DNA of 64,000 nucleotides. It comes from Macrostomum lignano (taxonomy: Eukaryota). The position numbers and the translations under genes are program-made. The notes under the pieces were generated by a model. That model was not told the DNA's origin. It worked only from the letters and a program-made list of their open reading frames with translations, and made no database searches. Location of the stretch: contig NIVC01000374.1 in assembly GCA_002269645.1 (NCBI GenBank), positions 186,001 through 250,000 of the forward strand. The letters are read 5' to 3'. Within the stretch, counting starts at the first letter, position 1. Each line of letters begins with the position of its first letter. Positions 50,601 through 62,389 of the stretch are shown piece after piece.

Positions 50601-53278
50601 AGTAGTATAAGCAGTAGTAGTATAAGCAGTAGTAGTATAAGCAGTAGTAGTAGTATAAGCAGTAGTAGTAGTATAAGCAGTAGTAGTAGTAGGAGTAGTA
50701 ATAGTAGAAGCTGCAGCAGTAGGGTATGAGTAACTGGTAAAGTAGCCTACTGTTCCTACTTCTAAGTAGTATTGCAAAAAAGCAACCCCCATTTTATTCA
50801 AGGTTGAAATTCGCGACCCATCGGCCAACAATGCCGTGGTAAAGAATTTTCATAGATTCAAATCGCCAGTTCGCTCCATCGCTTATCGCGGCTTAGGCAG
50901 CGGATTAATCGCTGTTGGCGAGACCAATGGTCACCTGTCTGTGCACAGTGTTGCTATGCGGACCGAACTGCGTCATATGACTGCTCATACGGCCGCCGTA
51001 ACGGGCCTCGCTTTTCTAGCTGGCGTTGTTGGCGGCGGCTCGACTCTGTCCGCTGCGCCAAAGCTGGCCTCTTGCGCCGAAGATGGTCGCTGCCTACTGT
51101 GGGACGTGTCCGATCCTCAGGTGAGCTAATTAATGCTCAGATTCATATATAACATAGATATATACATAGATAGCCTGGATAGATAACACAGACGGTTGTG
51201 ATAAGATAATGTAGACAGGTAGATTTAGGTAGACAAGTCAGTAGATAAGGTAGACAAGTCAGGTAGATATGGTAGACAAGTCAGGTAGATAATTCAGACA
51301 GGTAGATAATGCAGAAAAGTAGAAATGGTATTAGGTAGATGAGGTAGTCAAGTCTGGTAGATAATGCAGACAGGTTGTCACAGGTAGGTAGGTAGCCAGG
51401 TAGATAAGGTAGTCAAGTCTGGTAGATAATGCAGACAGGTTGTCACAGGTAGGTAGGTAGCCAGGTAGATAAGGTAGGCCTATACATATGCAAAAAAATC
51501 GATGCAACACATGCATATATTAGTCAACGTAAATTAAAAGACAGACGAATTTATATTTCAGGGCCAACCGCTCATGGAATTCGATCTGTCATCGGCATCG
51601 AGCTCCACTTCCGTGTCCGCTCCACCTGCCGACGCCACCGCAGCAGCGATGGACAAAGCAACCGCGTTAGACGCCAGCCAGACAGACTGCAACCTGCTAG
51701 CCTGCGGCATGATCAACGGTCGGGCCTATCTATTAGATTCTAGGCAGCCTAGGCCAGCCCTAGTTCTGTCTCACGAGCACCCCGTCACCTGTGTTAGACT
51801 GGCCCCCGGCGACAATGCGCTGTACGTAGCTGGCGACTGTTGGGTGCGGGCGCTGTCGCTGCATCAAGGCGGCCGGCAGATTGCCGCTTATAGGCGGCAT
51901 CACAAACACGTCACTGATCTGGCTGTTGGACGGGGCGCTCTGCTCTCCTGCGGCTTGGATGGGCTTGTCAAGGTAAAGATCCTCAGTTGCTTGGCCTCCC
52001 ATATCCTCAGTTGCTTGGCCTCCCATATCCTCAGTTGCTTGACCTTCCAGATCCTCAGTTGCTTGACCTTCCAGATCCACAGTTGCTTGACCTTCCAGAT
52101 CCACAGTTGCTTGACCTTCCAGATCCACAGTTGCTTGACCTTCCAGATCCTCAGTTGCTTGACCTTCCAGATCCTCAGTTGCTGGGCCAGCCTCCCAGAT
52201 CCTCAGTTGCTGAGCCAGCCTCCCAGAGTGTTAGTTGCTGGACCAGCCTCCCAGAGTGTCAGTTGCTGGGCCAGCCTCCCAGAGTGTTAGTTGCTGGACC
52301 AGCCTCCCAGAGTGTCAGTTGCTGGGCCAGCCTCCCAGAGTGTTAGTTGCTGGGCCAGCCTCCCAGATCCCAAATAAAGTATCAACATGTAGATATTGTG
52401 CATCCAACACGACGTCCACCCTGCCACCGCAGGTAACTGATCTGCTGACCTATGAAGAGGTTCAAAAATACGAATACCCGAACTGCGGTCTGCTCAGCAT
52501 GGCGCTCTCGCCCGGCGAGGCCGACTGTCTGGTCTTGGGCACGAACGATCGCTGGCTGTTAACTCGGCGTTACGAATCGCCGGCCGCAGCCGCCGAGGCC
52601 GCGGAGGCGGCGAAGTCGATGTCGGCCGCGATGAAAGATCCCTATTTGAAAGCGGTGAAGGCTTATCAGGTGGGAGCTAAACATCAGTAACTAATTAGCT
52701 GACGAGGCTACTTTGGTTCGTTCAAATTTACTCCCGCCGTCTACCTAACCTCCCAGGTAATGCCAGCCCGACCAGAAGACGTGGTCGCCCCGGGCCCGGG
52801 TAGATCTCGCCGGCCTCGTCAGCAGCTGGATCAGTTGGATCGATTATTGAAAAAATTTCGTCACTCCGACGCTTTAAGTCACGTGATATCCAAAGGCCAG
52901 CTCAAGCGTAAGCCTCAACAAGCGGCCGCAGCAATGCGAGAACTGGCTAGACGAGGCGCCCTGGCCACCGCTCTGGCTGGTAGGCCCGATGTCCACGTTG
53001 CCGCCCTGTTGAAATTTGTACTTCACAGTCTGGGCAACCAGGACATGGCCGAGGACGCCCTGCCACTGGCTAGCGATCTAATTGAAATCTACGCCGCGCC
53101 TAGGGAGCTCCGGGCTCGACCAGGAATTCGACCGCTGTTTGAACGCCTTCGAGCACTTTTAGCTAGGGAAATCGAATTGGGGAAACAGTCGGCTATGTGT
53201 CTGGGACGGGTTGGCCTGCTGCTTGATACGTCTGCTGCTGCTGGGGGCCTGGCTGGCTCCGGGGGTGCCGCTCTGTGA
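41625..53278 (+). CDS. UTP15: U3 snoRNA-associated protein 15 (WD40 plus C-terminal UTP15 domain), 6 coding exons
   Basis: join(41625-41711,50228-50317,50803-51120,51562-51972,52433-52669,52757-53278); all phase 0 and GT-AG. Motifs MAEFK...QLFWPNLK, KNFHRFK, HEHPV, RHHKHVT...LLSCGLDGLVK, LDRLLKKFRHSDAL, MRELARRGALATALAGR match UTP15. Confidence 0.9.
42145..42316. mobile_element. 172-bp hairpin MITE with 8-bp TSD (TTAAGTAA)
   Basis: Near-complete palindrome (GCGCAACCTTGGGATTCAC...TTTCTATTGGCAACACACGCATGTAAGT / reverse complement). TTAAGTAA at 42137-42144 and 42317-42324; CA...TG ends. Confidence 0.85.
43850..47340. repeat. 3.5-kb ~22-bp minisatellite (AATCATAGAAGCGTCATGTAAA[A/C])n in UTP15 intron 1
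   Basis: Long tandem array with repeated higher-order variant blocks. Confidence 0.95.
47400..48420. repeat. Diverged ~470-bp tandem duplication of a dispersed repeat with TTAGGG-like patches
   Basis: The block AAAGTCAGAAGC...TCATGTCGAAGTTAA...TTCATTTGGGAAT...CTACGATGTC occurs twice (~47476 and ~47947); GGTTAGGGTTAGGGTTAG at 48188-48206. Confidence 0.65.
50510..50712. repeat. (AGT)-rich low-complexity repeat in UTP15 intron 2
   Basis: Direct observation. Confidence 0.85.
51976..52370. repeat. 21/42-bp minisatellite in UTP15 intron 4
   Basis: GATCCTCAGTTGCTTGACCTTCCA-type units grading into GGCCAGCCTCCCAGAGTGTCAGTTGCTG-type units. Confidence 0.9.
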
Positions 53279-53294
53279 TTGGCTTGAGCTTAAT

Positions 53295-53465
53295 TCCCTC
53301 TGATCCTACTGTAGGTTGCCGCTGCCCCCTCTGATCCTATTGTAGGTTGCCGCTGCCCTCTCTGATTCTATTGTAGGTTACCGCTGCCCCCTCTGATCCT
53401 ACTGTAGGTTGCCGCTGCCCTCTCTGATCATACTGTAGGTTGCCGCTGCCCTCTCTGATCCTATT
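53295..53465. repeat. ~35-bp tandem repeat immediately 3' of the UTP15 stop
   Basis: CCCTCTGATCCTACTGTAGGTTGCCGCTG repeated about 5 times. Confidence 0.85.
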
Positions 53466-54105
53466 GTTGTAAGTTATATTTAAAAAACCGACTATTTAAA
53501 GATTTAGCGTTTCTTAAAAGCATTTAGCTGATTCTTCTGTCTAATGCTGCGCAGTAGTTATTGAATTCAGGGCAGTTAAGCTAATCGTGTGCTAACTCAA
53601 CTAAATGTTAAGCATTTGCTTGGCAAGATCTTTTGTACAAAAATATAAAAGCACCCATTTGTTCCTCGGCGATTTTGTTGATGAAGTTGCCACTTTTCTT
53701 GTTGTTTTCCGGAGTCAAATACTAAAAAACTACTCTTGTTAGTAGTTTGAGCGAGCATTTTAGCCAAAAATTTACTCATGGAAAAAAGTCTAGGTGTTTT
53801 CTTGAAGTTTAGAAGAACTTTACAAATTTCTTATTTCCATTACTAAGTCACTTTTCTTAATGTCAAGGTACAAATTTTTCTACATTTCAGAATCAAGCAC
53901 ACAAAAGTACAAAGAAACAAACACACTGGAGAAAATGTTTGTCGAATAAAGACTTGGCGTTTGCCTATGCTAAAATAATTGTAAATAATAATTGCGCTTC
54001 TCTTCCCCTCGGAACTCGGTCTTGCTCCATCAAAACAATCTCTCCGTCTCGAAACGGGCAAACACAAGTGTCTTATAAGCAAAAAAGAATCGAAGCATTG
54101 AGATT

Positions 54106-57100
54106 ATGAGCAGCAGTAGCAATCAGCAGCAGCCTGTATTGACAGCCAGTCAGTTATTAAAGCGTCCATCAGTGTTGGTTCAGCCAACCTCGATGTCTGT
54201 TACCTCAACAGCAGCAGCTTCAAAGTCATCTGCTTCGGCTAATTTCGTTACTACTGGCAAGCGGCTCCGGCTGCATCGTCTTGGCGATGCTGCGGCTGAC
54301 TCGCCTCCTCCTGTTGTTGAATCATCGCCTGGCGCGTCAATCATCCAGCATCAGCAGCAGCAGCTTCATCATACTGTTGATAATAACGGCGGCAATGTAG
54401 GCGATGATCATCAGGGAGTCTTGCCAGCCGAAATCATTGTCGGCAATCATAATTCTACCGACGATAATAGCGTCAAAGATGATGAGCATGAAGACGACGT
54501 TCTTGCCGATGTGCTTGGAGTTGCTAGGCAGCAGCGCAGTGGTGGCGGCCGCAGTCGTCGGTCAGTTGTTGAAAACAACGGCCAGGACGTTCTGCTAACC
54601 AACGCTTCGTCGTCTACAACGGCCAAGAACGGCGCCGTTGTTAAAAGCCTGCCATCGAATCCTAGGCGGACTGTCACCGTGCGACTCGCTAGACCGTCGG
54701 CTACTTCGCCAACAACCACAGTGGTCGTATCGCCGACATCAGCAGCAGCGACTTCGATCAGCATTGGCGGCCAGATGGACGACGATGTCATTGTCGACGA
54801 TGAGGTTCTTGACGATGACAATGAAGATGTTGATGACGAAGATGCCATCGTTGGCCAACTGTTGTCGGCTGCAGCCGCTTCCACAGCTTCATCCTTATCG
54901 CCGACATCGTCTACTTGGACTCCGACAGCGTCGAATTCTTCGGCGACAAATTCTTCAACTGTTTGCTGCTCGGTGTGCGGCACCAATCGTCGAGTTAATT
55001 TGCACTACGGCGTGCACGCCTGCGAAAGTTGTCGGAATTTTTTCAAACGAGCTCTGGCTAATAATCAGCAATCGTCTGTGTCGGACGTCGGCGGCTCGTT
55101 GTCGCCTCCGACGCGTCTAGTCTGCGTACGCGGCGGCAATCAGTGCGACGTGACGCCGAATAATCGGTCGGATTGTAAAGCCTGTCGATTGCGCAAGTGC
55201 CTGGCTGTTGGCATGAGCCGAGAGTCGTGCAAACTGGGCCGTAGACCGCTGGCTGCTCAGACGGAGACAACAGTAGCCGTAGGCGATGATTCGCTTAATA
55301 GGGCCAGGGCGCTGTCGGATTTGCAGCTGCAGGAGGCCTTGCAACAGGCTAGGGCTGAGGACAGAGTGAGTTTTTAGCTTCTAAATATGAAAGAGCGTAG
55401 CTAATAGCTGTCTAATAAAATGCATTCGACTTTAAAACATTGCGCGATAATTAGGACTACAGGGAATAAAAAGATTAAAAGACAATCGGGTGGCAGATTT
55501 GGGGACTGATAGTAAATAAGGTGGCTGAGCTGGAAGACTAAGGGAGAGGCGGATGTTGGAAACTAGGGAACCATGGGAGAGGCGGATGTTGGAAACTAAG
55601 GGACTATGGGAGAGGCTGATGTTGGAAACTAAAGGACCATGGGAGAGGCTGATGTTGGAAACTAAGGGACCATGGGAGAGGCTGATGTTGGAAACTAAAG
55701 GACCATGGGAGAGGCTGATGTTGGAAACTAAGGGACCATGGGAGAGGCTGATGTTGGAAACTAAGGGACCATGGGAGAGGCTGATGTTGGAAACTAAGGG
55801 ACCATGGGAGAGGCTGATGTTGGAAACCAAGGGACCATGGGAGAGAGTTTTAGTTCAAAAAGTATTCATTCATATGCTGTAAATATAATTACCATTCAAC
55901 CCAACACTCAGGTCCTTCACCGTCGAGTAGTACTCAAGACGTCGCCGCATCAGCCAGCCAGTGCCAGCAGTTTCGCTGTTCCATCGTCAAGCAGCGCTTC
56001 AACTGTTGGTTTAGCATCTCCGCCAGCCATTGAGATCATCCGCGATCTGACAACGCAGCAGCCTGCAGCCTCTAGCGAAGAGTTTCAACAGTTGAAATCG
56101 TCTCTCATTGATCAGTGCCAGCAATTGGCTGGCGGAAATCGAACACGCGACTCGATTGGTCAGCTGATTCGCCAATTGTCACCGGCTGTGTTGCGATCAG
56201 TTGAACAGCGAAACCTGGCTGGTCGGGCCCAGTTCTGCGCCCAGCTAATTCGAGTTTCGGGAAATCTATCAGGTAACAAGCAGCAGCAACAACAGCAACA
56301 ACAACAGCAACAAGATGCATCCGTTGTTGTCGCCTCCGAGGTTGTTCGCGAAGAGGTTGTCCGTAATGAATCCGACACAGATTCTGATGTTGAACAGGCG
56401 TCTTATGGTCAGCGTCAGCAGCAGCAGCAGCAGCAGAACCAGAAACAACCTCAGTTGCCATCTGCCACAAAGATTAAGCTTGCTCCCCAAGGTACTCAGC
56501 AGCCTCAATCTGCATCAACTCCAGCTGTGACAGCCAGTCGGTCTCAAACTCGAACTCAACTAACTCGCCAGTGTCACTCAATAGCCGACGAGGACTTTAA
56601 AATCCTACCAGTTCAACGAGAGTACTGCCGCGATTTGCTAAGCGAAATGATTCAACAATTGGAAGATCCCGTGTTGGACTCGGTGCTTCGAAGGCGTCAG
56701 GCCAGAGATAGACTCTGTCGCGAATTAGTGAAGATCTCCTTGGAGATTATGGCATCCGGGCGGACGGCTAGGAATCTTGTACCGTTTGGCTATTCGCCAA
56801 CGTCCATTGTTGAACAGTTGCAATTGTACTTTAAAATCGTATTCGGCCCGGACATGCTGCAGGAGATTGTGCAATCGTCGCAGGACTTGAAAAACACTCC
56901 ACCTCAGATGGACTCGACCGAGAATTTTCGCGATTATTTGTGGAATCTGTACGTGTTCCGAATGAACTTTATCCTGTCCAAGGTGTGCGATTTTGCTATT
57001 AAATTTGGAGAATTTCAATCATTGTCAACCGCGGATCGCTGCCAGATTGTGTTGAACTGTTTCAAAGCTGCCGCCATTCTGATCCACTCCCAATTTTGGG

Positions 57101-57866
57101 TGGTGTCGCCTGCCTGCTACCTGCTAGTGCAAGATCGCAGTCTCAGTCTGGCCGATATGAAGGCTCATTTCTTGTACGGCGAAGAGTTTGTCAGGCTGTC
57201 GTTCGAGTTCACTAAGGATCTGGTTGAGCTCCGGCTCAAAGAGGAAGAATTCGTCATCTTTCTCACTTTGGTTATCTTCTTCTTTGGTGAGCGAGGCTTT
57301 GTCTGTTGCTTGCTTTTTTTAACTGACCGTCTGAGGACTAAAAACTATCTTAGATTCTATTTAGCCGTCTATATTCTATCCTATAGATTCTATCCACCCC
57401 TGTTTATCTATCACATCAACTTTGCACAATTTTACATTTATTATAGTAGATAGAAGAAAGGTTTACTTATTCGTTACTATCAGTAGACTAGCATGAGAAT
57501 ATGCTAGCTTAAATGTGTTATTCATTGCACCCCTACCACACAGACACAGGCAGCAGCCTATCACCGCCGGACCTATCCGGCCGGGGCATTCTAACCAACA
57601 TGCGCAGGCAGCTGTTCTCAAAACTCGAACGAGTTGTTGGCCAGCAGCGTCGCTACCTTCGCGTACTGCAACTTTGGCGCTCATTGAAAAAGCTAGTCAC
57701 CGAGGAGGACAAATGCGTCGGCAATTCGGCTAGTAAAATAGTTGATAAGTGTTTGCAGCACTATAATAGCGGCTCGGATAATGCCAATGCGATTCGACTG
57801 TATCCGGATCTGTTTTTAACTAAACAGACACATCTAGTGCAGATCTGGCTGTCTGGCAAGAAGTGA
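54106..57866 (+). CDS. Divergent nuclear hormone receptor (C4 zinc-finger DBD plus LBD), 3 exons, with a possible alternative 4th exon at 58161-58338
   Basis: join(54106-55365,55912-57286,57544-57866); phases 0 and 1 are consistent. DBD CSVCG...HYGVHACESCRNFFKR...CVRGGNQC...RSDCKACRLRKCLAVGM plus SRESCKLGRRP extension. LBD signature VCDFAIKFGEFQSLSTADRCQIV; LRLKEEEFVIFLTLVIFFFD. Confidence 0.88.
55548..55845. repeat. 33-bp minisatellite in nuclear-receptor intron 1
   Basis: (GGGAGAGGCTGATGTTGGAAACTAAGGGACCAT)n, about 9 copies. Confidence 0.95.
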
Positions 57867-57947
57867 AAGTTTAAATCGACGAGCCTCGAGACTGTAATCT
57901 AAGCAACGTTGTTATTAACTGCTCTCATCATAAACATAACCACAGAT

Positions 57948-58478
57948 CAGTGGTGTGATTCAGGCGCGAATTCGCGCCAGGCGCGAAAATGGCGCGAATG
58001 CGCGAATCCTGGGGGTCTGGCGCGAAATTTTGTGGAACCATGGGCGCGAAAATTGCATTCTTATTTTCTGCTTTTTACACTTATTCTCTTGTCAGACAGT
58101 ATGAAATACAAGAATGTCATAGCTTAGGAGATTAATCTAACAAACTGAGTTCAATCTCAGGCGTCAGCAGCAGAATGTGCAGAAGAAGAAGCAGAAGGAG
58201 GCAGAGAAGCTAGCTGAGCTCGTCTTAAAGCGCAAGGCTGCTGAGCTGCTGTCAACGTCGTCAATCACCAGCACGAGCAGTCGTCTGCCTGCAGACATCG
58301 CCAACAAGAAGTTCAGGGGGGACACGGCTGTGACTTAAGAGACATGCTAATTGGTAGCCAGACGCATCTTCAAAAGTGTCATCAATTGACTTATTTGGCT
58401 GTCAGTAGAATATTATTGGCATGGCGCGAAAATTTTCAGTCGGCGCGAAATTTGGCAAACTTTCCAATCACACCACTG
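57948..58478. mobile_element. 531-bp hAT-like non-autonomous element with perfect 13-bp TIR and 8-bp TSD
   Basis: TIR CAGTGGTGTGATT (57948-57960) / AATCACACCACTG (58466-58478). TSD CCACAGAT at 57940-57947 and 58479-58486. Clustered subterminal GGCGCGAA motifs at both ends. Confidence 0.9.
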
Positions 58479-58479
58479 C

Positions 58480-59112
58480 CACAGATCCTAAAATAACTGG
58501 TTCGGCCTCTGAGGCATATAATGCTTAGTAAACAGTTATCTACATTCAGTTCAGTAAAAATGAAGAATAAAATGAAGAAAAAAGGCAGTTAAATGGCTTG
58601 ATAGACGTGAATAAACAACTTGCTATTTAGCTTCAGTCATAATATACATTTAGCCACGGCCATTGAGAATGTACATTATAGTTTTAGGCGGGAACACAGA
58701 GGAAGGCAATCAAAATTGGGGGGTAGAGATTCTGTACGCCACCGGAGGGGTTTAGCTAGGCGGGGCACTGAAATGTACAGTAGATAACGGTTTTGGGCTG
58801 AAACAGTGAAGGCAATAAAAATTGGGCGGGGGGTAGAGATTTTGGGTGGAACGATGCGACCGAAGGGGTACAGTTGTGGGTGGGAGTGGGAGCACTAAAA
58901 ATGTACATAGCAGTAGCTTTGGCCAGGAACCGAGGAAGGCGATAAAAATTTGGGGGGAATAGGGGCGGGGGTAGAGTTTTTGTGTGGAACGACGCGGCGG
59001 GGGTAAGAGAACCATAATAAAGTGTATTTGAATAAATGCTTTTCTATTGTACTGAAAGTAGCTTACGCGCACATGTGCCGAGTGGCTAAATCTAGTTGTT
59101 TTCATGTCTCTG
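58480..59112. mobile_element. MITE family A, copy 2 (true start 57941; interrupted by the hAT-like element)
   Basis: Left end CACAGATCCTAAAATAACTGG...GAGGCATATA...CTTAGTAAA...TCAGTTCAGTA, the internal segment and right end ACTGAAAGTAGCTTACGCGCACATGTGCCGAGTGGC...ATCTAGTT are all homologous to 5464-5894. Confidence 0.75.
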
Positions 59113-59504
59113 GGGATTCTCTGCCTACTACAATAGTCAACTCGCGATCTTAAATAAATATCATTCTTATTATTTGTTACTTGTAGGCTTCTAAACCGTG
59201 CTTTATCTTTTTGTAAAGCAAAATCAATTGTTTCGTAGTCTTGTTTTTGGCGTTATAATGTTAAAATATCCACTTATTGTTTATTGTTGTTTAACTATTT
59301 AATAAATTTTTGTTCAAGTGTGACAATTCTTTAAACTAAATTTATATTTGGTGACTGTAATTTACTGCTAATACATGCACTACTGTTTATATCACTTATG
59401 ATGATTTTTTCTGTTTATAATGCTTTTCTCCAGCCTTAGTAGAAAGTCTTAATATTTTGTTTAATAAAGTATAGCATTGCGGATTCCTATTCATTGCAGG
59501 GATG

Positions 59505-59630
59505 TTAATAGCTGAGTTAACTCAAATTGTAGCTAAGTCTACTGAATTGTAGCTGAGTCAAATAAAACGATAGCTGAGTCTACTCAAGCGATAGCTGAGT
59601 CTACTCAAACGATAGCTAAGTCTACTCAAT
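59505..59630. repeat. 22-bp short tandem array (ATAGCTGAGTCTACTCAA-type)
   Basis: Direct observation. Confidence 0.8.
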
Positions 59631-60269
59631 AACAATTTGATCTATTGTTTTTCTGTTTAAGCAAACATCTGCCCTGCACCGTGTGCACTGTATTGAAAAA
59701 TCATATAATATTCCCTGTGCAGTGTCTGTGCACAACTATATATTCACTTTCATTATTAGTTCGCTCTTTTGTTTCATTATGTATATAAACTATCTAACTA
59801 TAATAAATCTAAAACTAAATAGTTTACGACAGGCCTTACAAAAAATACTGTTTAAAGTTTCTGTCCGCCTCGTTCTCTAATATGCTAACTAATTTTCATT
59901 GTTGTGTTTGAGTAGCTTACAAATGGATTTTATTGTCAGTATACAATTCATTAACTACTGCTTTATATTTTATTATTATTGCTATTAGTTGTACTAATTG
60001 CTTTATAATGGTTGGCATATGAAAATTCATGTTTCATCCGTTTTTGCAGCTATTAACTATTAAATAATAATAATTTGTTATATATACTGATTGTATTGTT
60101 TTCTATTTGTAGTTTACTCGGTATTGCGTGCATATTGTTGATTAGTGACCCATTGATCTCTCTTAGGCCAACTCGCTGGGGAACTTTAAATTCATTTTAA
60201 TTTAGTCTGGTTATTTTGTTTTGAATCATTTAGCCACAATAACTAGTTACATTTAATGATTTTATAGCT

Positions 60270-60910
60270 TAATCTGGTAGCCTAATTAGATTAAATCTGG
60301 AAACTTAATTAGGTTGAGTCTGGTAGCCCAATTAGGTTAAATCTAATAGTCTAATTAGGCTAAATCTAGTAGTCTAATTAGGGTAAATCTAATAGTCTAA
60401 TTAAGTTATATCTAGTAGTCTAATTAGGTTAAATCTAATAGTCTAATTAGGTTAAATCTAATAGTCTAATTAGGGTAAATCTAATAGTCTATTTAAGTTA
60501 TATCTAGTAGTCTAATTAGGTTAAATCTAATAGTCTAATTAGGTTAAATCTAATAGTCTAATTAGGGTAAATCTAATAGTCTAATTAGGTTAAATCTAAT
60601 AGTCTAATTAGGGTAAATCTAATAGTCTAATTAGGTTAAATCTAATAGTCTAATTAAGTTATATCTAGTAGTCTAATTAGGTTAAATCTAATAGTCTAAT
60701 TAGGTTAAATCTAATAGTCTAATTAAGTTATATCTAGTAGTCTAATTAGGTTAAATCTAATAGTCTAATTAGGTTAAATCTAATAGTCTAATTAAGTTAT
60801 ATCTAGTAGTCTAATTAGGTTAAATCTAATAGTCTAATTAGGTTAAATCTAATAGTCTAATTAGGTTAAATCTAATAGTCTAATTAAGTTATATCTAGTA
60901 GTCTAATTGG
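60270..60910. repeat. ~22-bp AT-rich minisatellite (TAGTCTAATTAGGTTAAATCTAA-type)
   Basis: Tandem copies visible. Confidence 0.9.
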
Positions 60911-61193
60911 GTTCATTCGGATAACCCAGCAGGGTTGGCTTTCAGTATATATTGTTGCATATGTAAAACTATCATTAATAATTAATAAATTTTTCATTAA
61001 AATCATCATTACCAATAAATAAGAACATACTTTAAAAAACTTTGCCTAGAATATTTAGAGTTTGCAATTGTAAAACCGTTTATTCTTCTGATTTTGTGTT
61101 TTTTTAAAACGCAAAAATGTAGAAATAAACATTAAATTCTTTAAATAGTAGCAAACGTGCTCCGCTTCTTCGTTGCCCCTTTCGCCTGAAATA

Positions 61194-61800
61194 TCTCTAC
61201 ATATAAAAATCAAAACTCTGTGTGTGTGTGTGTCTGTCTGTGTGTGGACAATTTTGATCGCTATGGACTCCCAAACCGCTCAACCAAATGACACCAAACT
61301 TTACACCCACCCTAAACTTACTACGGAGAATGTCTTAGGCTACCTTAAAATTCCCTAAATTTGAGTCTTCCTACCTAAAAGTGCAAAAAACTGCTCAAAA
61401 TGCGCGATTTTTTCACTTAATCCTCCATAGCGCCGCTCCACTTCTACCGATTCTCTTCAAATTTGACACAGATAATCTTTAACTATTTTGGCACAATCAT
61501 GTAAAATTTCGAGTCTCAAAGTTAATTCTGAGCGGTGCTGTGCACTTTTAAAATTAGGCTGTTTTTTTCAGCGTAGCAACCACCCCAACCTCCGCCCGCC
61601 TGCCTCTCTTTCCCGATACCGATCTGGGCCCAGATGTGTAAAAGGGTTTCAAAATTGACTAACTTTCAGCTGCCATAAGTTTGCTCCACGTAAAGCGATT
61701 GACTTCAAACCTGACAAAATTCTTCATTGACCCATTCTCTGTCTAAATGTAAAGTTTCAACTTTGTAACTCGACCGAAAAAGAAACTGTAAGCATGTGAA
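61194..61800 (+). mobile_element. Probable 5' part of a non-autonomous Helitron-like element
   Basis: A|TCTCTACATATAAAA start followed by a (TG/TCTG)n patch and ...CCAAACTTTACAC / TTCAAATTTGACAC / AAAGTTTCAAC motifs typical of small invertebrate Helitrons; 3' CTAG end not found. Confidence 0.4.
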
Positions 61801-62389
61801 GTTTGTCTGCTTTTTCTGTTGTTTGTGGCGCTCAACTCACTCATTCCCGCAGTCCAGACGAAGGGTCAGGCGATAGGGCTCAATGTACATAGCGAATGTA
61901 CAGTGTTTTGGAATAACTTTTTAATAGCCTTCTCTGTACCCCGCGAGTGGAAAGGCGTGGAGAGGAGACAGTTTAGCGAGAGATTCAAACTACTGTCCTC
62001 TGTATAGACAAGTCTGCAGCAGTTAAACAAGGATGGCAAATCAAGGCGATGTGGGATGGTTTGTAAAAATATCGAAAAATTGATGAATAACAGATTACAA
62101 TGCAATCCTACTAAATTAGTTACACCATGAAATTTTTAACATTAGGATTCGCATAAGGTACTTTAAAATTTAAATGGCCTCCTAAGAAATGCGTATTTCC
62201 ATGGTTGTTAGACTGCTGCAGACTGTGGTGGTGGAGCTGGAGATATACAAATTTCTCTCAGGGCTGCTAATTGACCAGAAAGATGACGTTATTAAAGCAT
62301 GAGAAATGATAACAACCATGATAGTACTACGTCCCACAAACTGGCTTTCGAAGCAGGGATCGGCAGATCGGCAGCTACGGGCCATATGA

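Noticed and set aside
55804-55911. ORF-track start of the 549-aa receptor ORF inside the 33-bp repeat
   Set aside because: Intronic; the exon begins at the acceptor at 55911/55912, in phase with exon 1
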